Positions 63,166 to 64,000 of a stretch of DNA of 64,000 nucleotides are shown here, one piece after another; positions within the stretch are counted from its first letter, which is position 1, and each line of letters starts with the position of its first letter. The notes under the pieces were generated by a model that ran no database searches, had not been told where the DNA came from, and saw only the letters and a list, made by a program, of their open reading frames with translations. Both the position numbers and the translations under genes were made by a program. The stretch lies in assembly GCF_009914755.1 (NCBI RefSeq), contig NC_060929.1. One strand, written 5' to 3'. Source of the stretch: the human T2T-CHM13v2.0 reference genome, Homo sapiens.

Positions 63166-64000
63166 CTCAGAAGAGACTGTAACTATCCTTGGAAATTGAT
63201 TTCTTTTATTCTGTCTCACCAGAAGCCAGTGGATCCTTTTCATCTTTCCAAGCTACTGTCTGAATTTCTCCTCAAATGATTTGGGGGCAGACAGTAACTC
63301 TGGCTCTTTTGTTCTCTCTCTTGGTCTCCTTGAAGCCTTCTAGTTTTACGGTTGTGGTAGAAATAGAAAAGGAAAGTGCTTTCAAATCTCAGGGAACCTG
63401 GGGTGTCGGGCAGTGTAGGATAAATGAAAGGGGTATGAGGTGAGGACATTTGAGATATGTTTCAGGGGCAGGGGACTTGCGTATAAACTAGAAAGTCAAG
63501 TAAGTGGGAATGTATGAAAAGTACAGAGTCCAGGCTGGTGAGATGCAAGCATTCTTGATCCGGGCCCTGGGCACCTGAGCTAAAGGAAAGGGTGGTGTCA
63601 AAGCAGAAATTCACAGCACTAGGGGACATTCCCATGGCGGGTGGTAGGAGTGGGCACTTTTACTCCCGTGGATGGAGAAGACTGGACATGTAGGTGGGCT
63701 CTGCTAAAGGGTGAGAGCTGGGCCTGAGGTTTGGGTCCTGAGATGGCAACAACCCAAGAAGCAGAACAAAGGCATGAGATCAAAGGAAGAATAAGTAGCC
63801 TTAGAGCCTTTATTACCTGCATTGGCTAATCCTGGGTTCTCAGGTGGCCCTGCCTAGGGGCAGGCAGGTTTCAGGAACCTGAGTAAGGCTTGGCCTAGTG
63901 GTGAGGGCTGATTGAATGGCCCCAGCTGTGAAGAGATGAGGCTGGGCTATCGGTGTTGTACCAGAACATCAAAGCCCTAAGTTTGAATCTAGTGAAACTA

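Overview
Primate (human-like) genomic DNA: AT-rich, CpG-poor, intronic or intergenic. I can support no protein-coding exon, tRNA, rRNA or CRISPR array, and I cannot name the locus. The ORF track consists of fragments of dead Tigger1 transposase, L1 ORF2, Alu/LTR sequence and chance ORFs. The window is densely layered with transposon fossils: many MIR and L2 pieces, an L3/CR1, two Tigger1 copies, a Tigger3a, two MER1B, MER5-type elements, MaLR/ERV solo LTRs, several L1 3' ends and three Alus. Family and subfamily names come from recalled consensus sequences, not from a RepeatMasker run, and boundaries of old repeats are approximate. The strongest hidden structure is a ~1.6 kb inversion (33965-35533) bounded by two inverted MER1B hAT elements whose 8-bp target-site duplications are swapped; it splits a Tigger3a and probably two older elements. 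Other notable items are a twin-primed (5'-inverted) L1MA, a tiny polyadenylated L1PA insertion lacking its 3'UTR, a 55-bp duplication with an inverted junction insert, a candidate 91-nt non-coding exon, candidate Pbx-Hox/Meis and Maf enhancer motif clusters, and a degenerate 24-bp tandem repeat. I found no evidence of a new protein-coding system.
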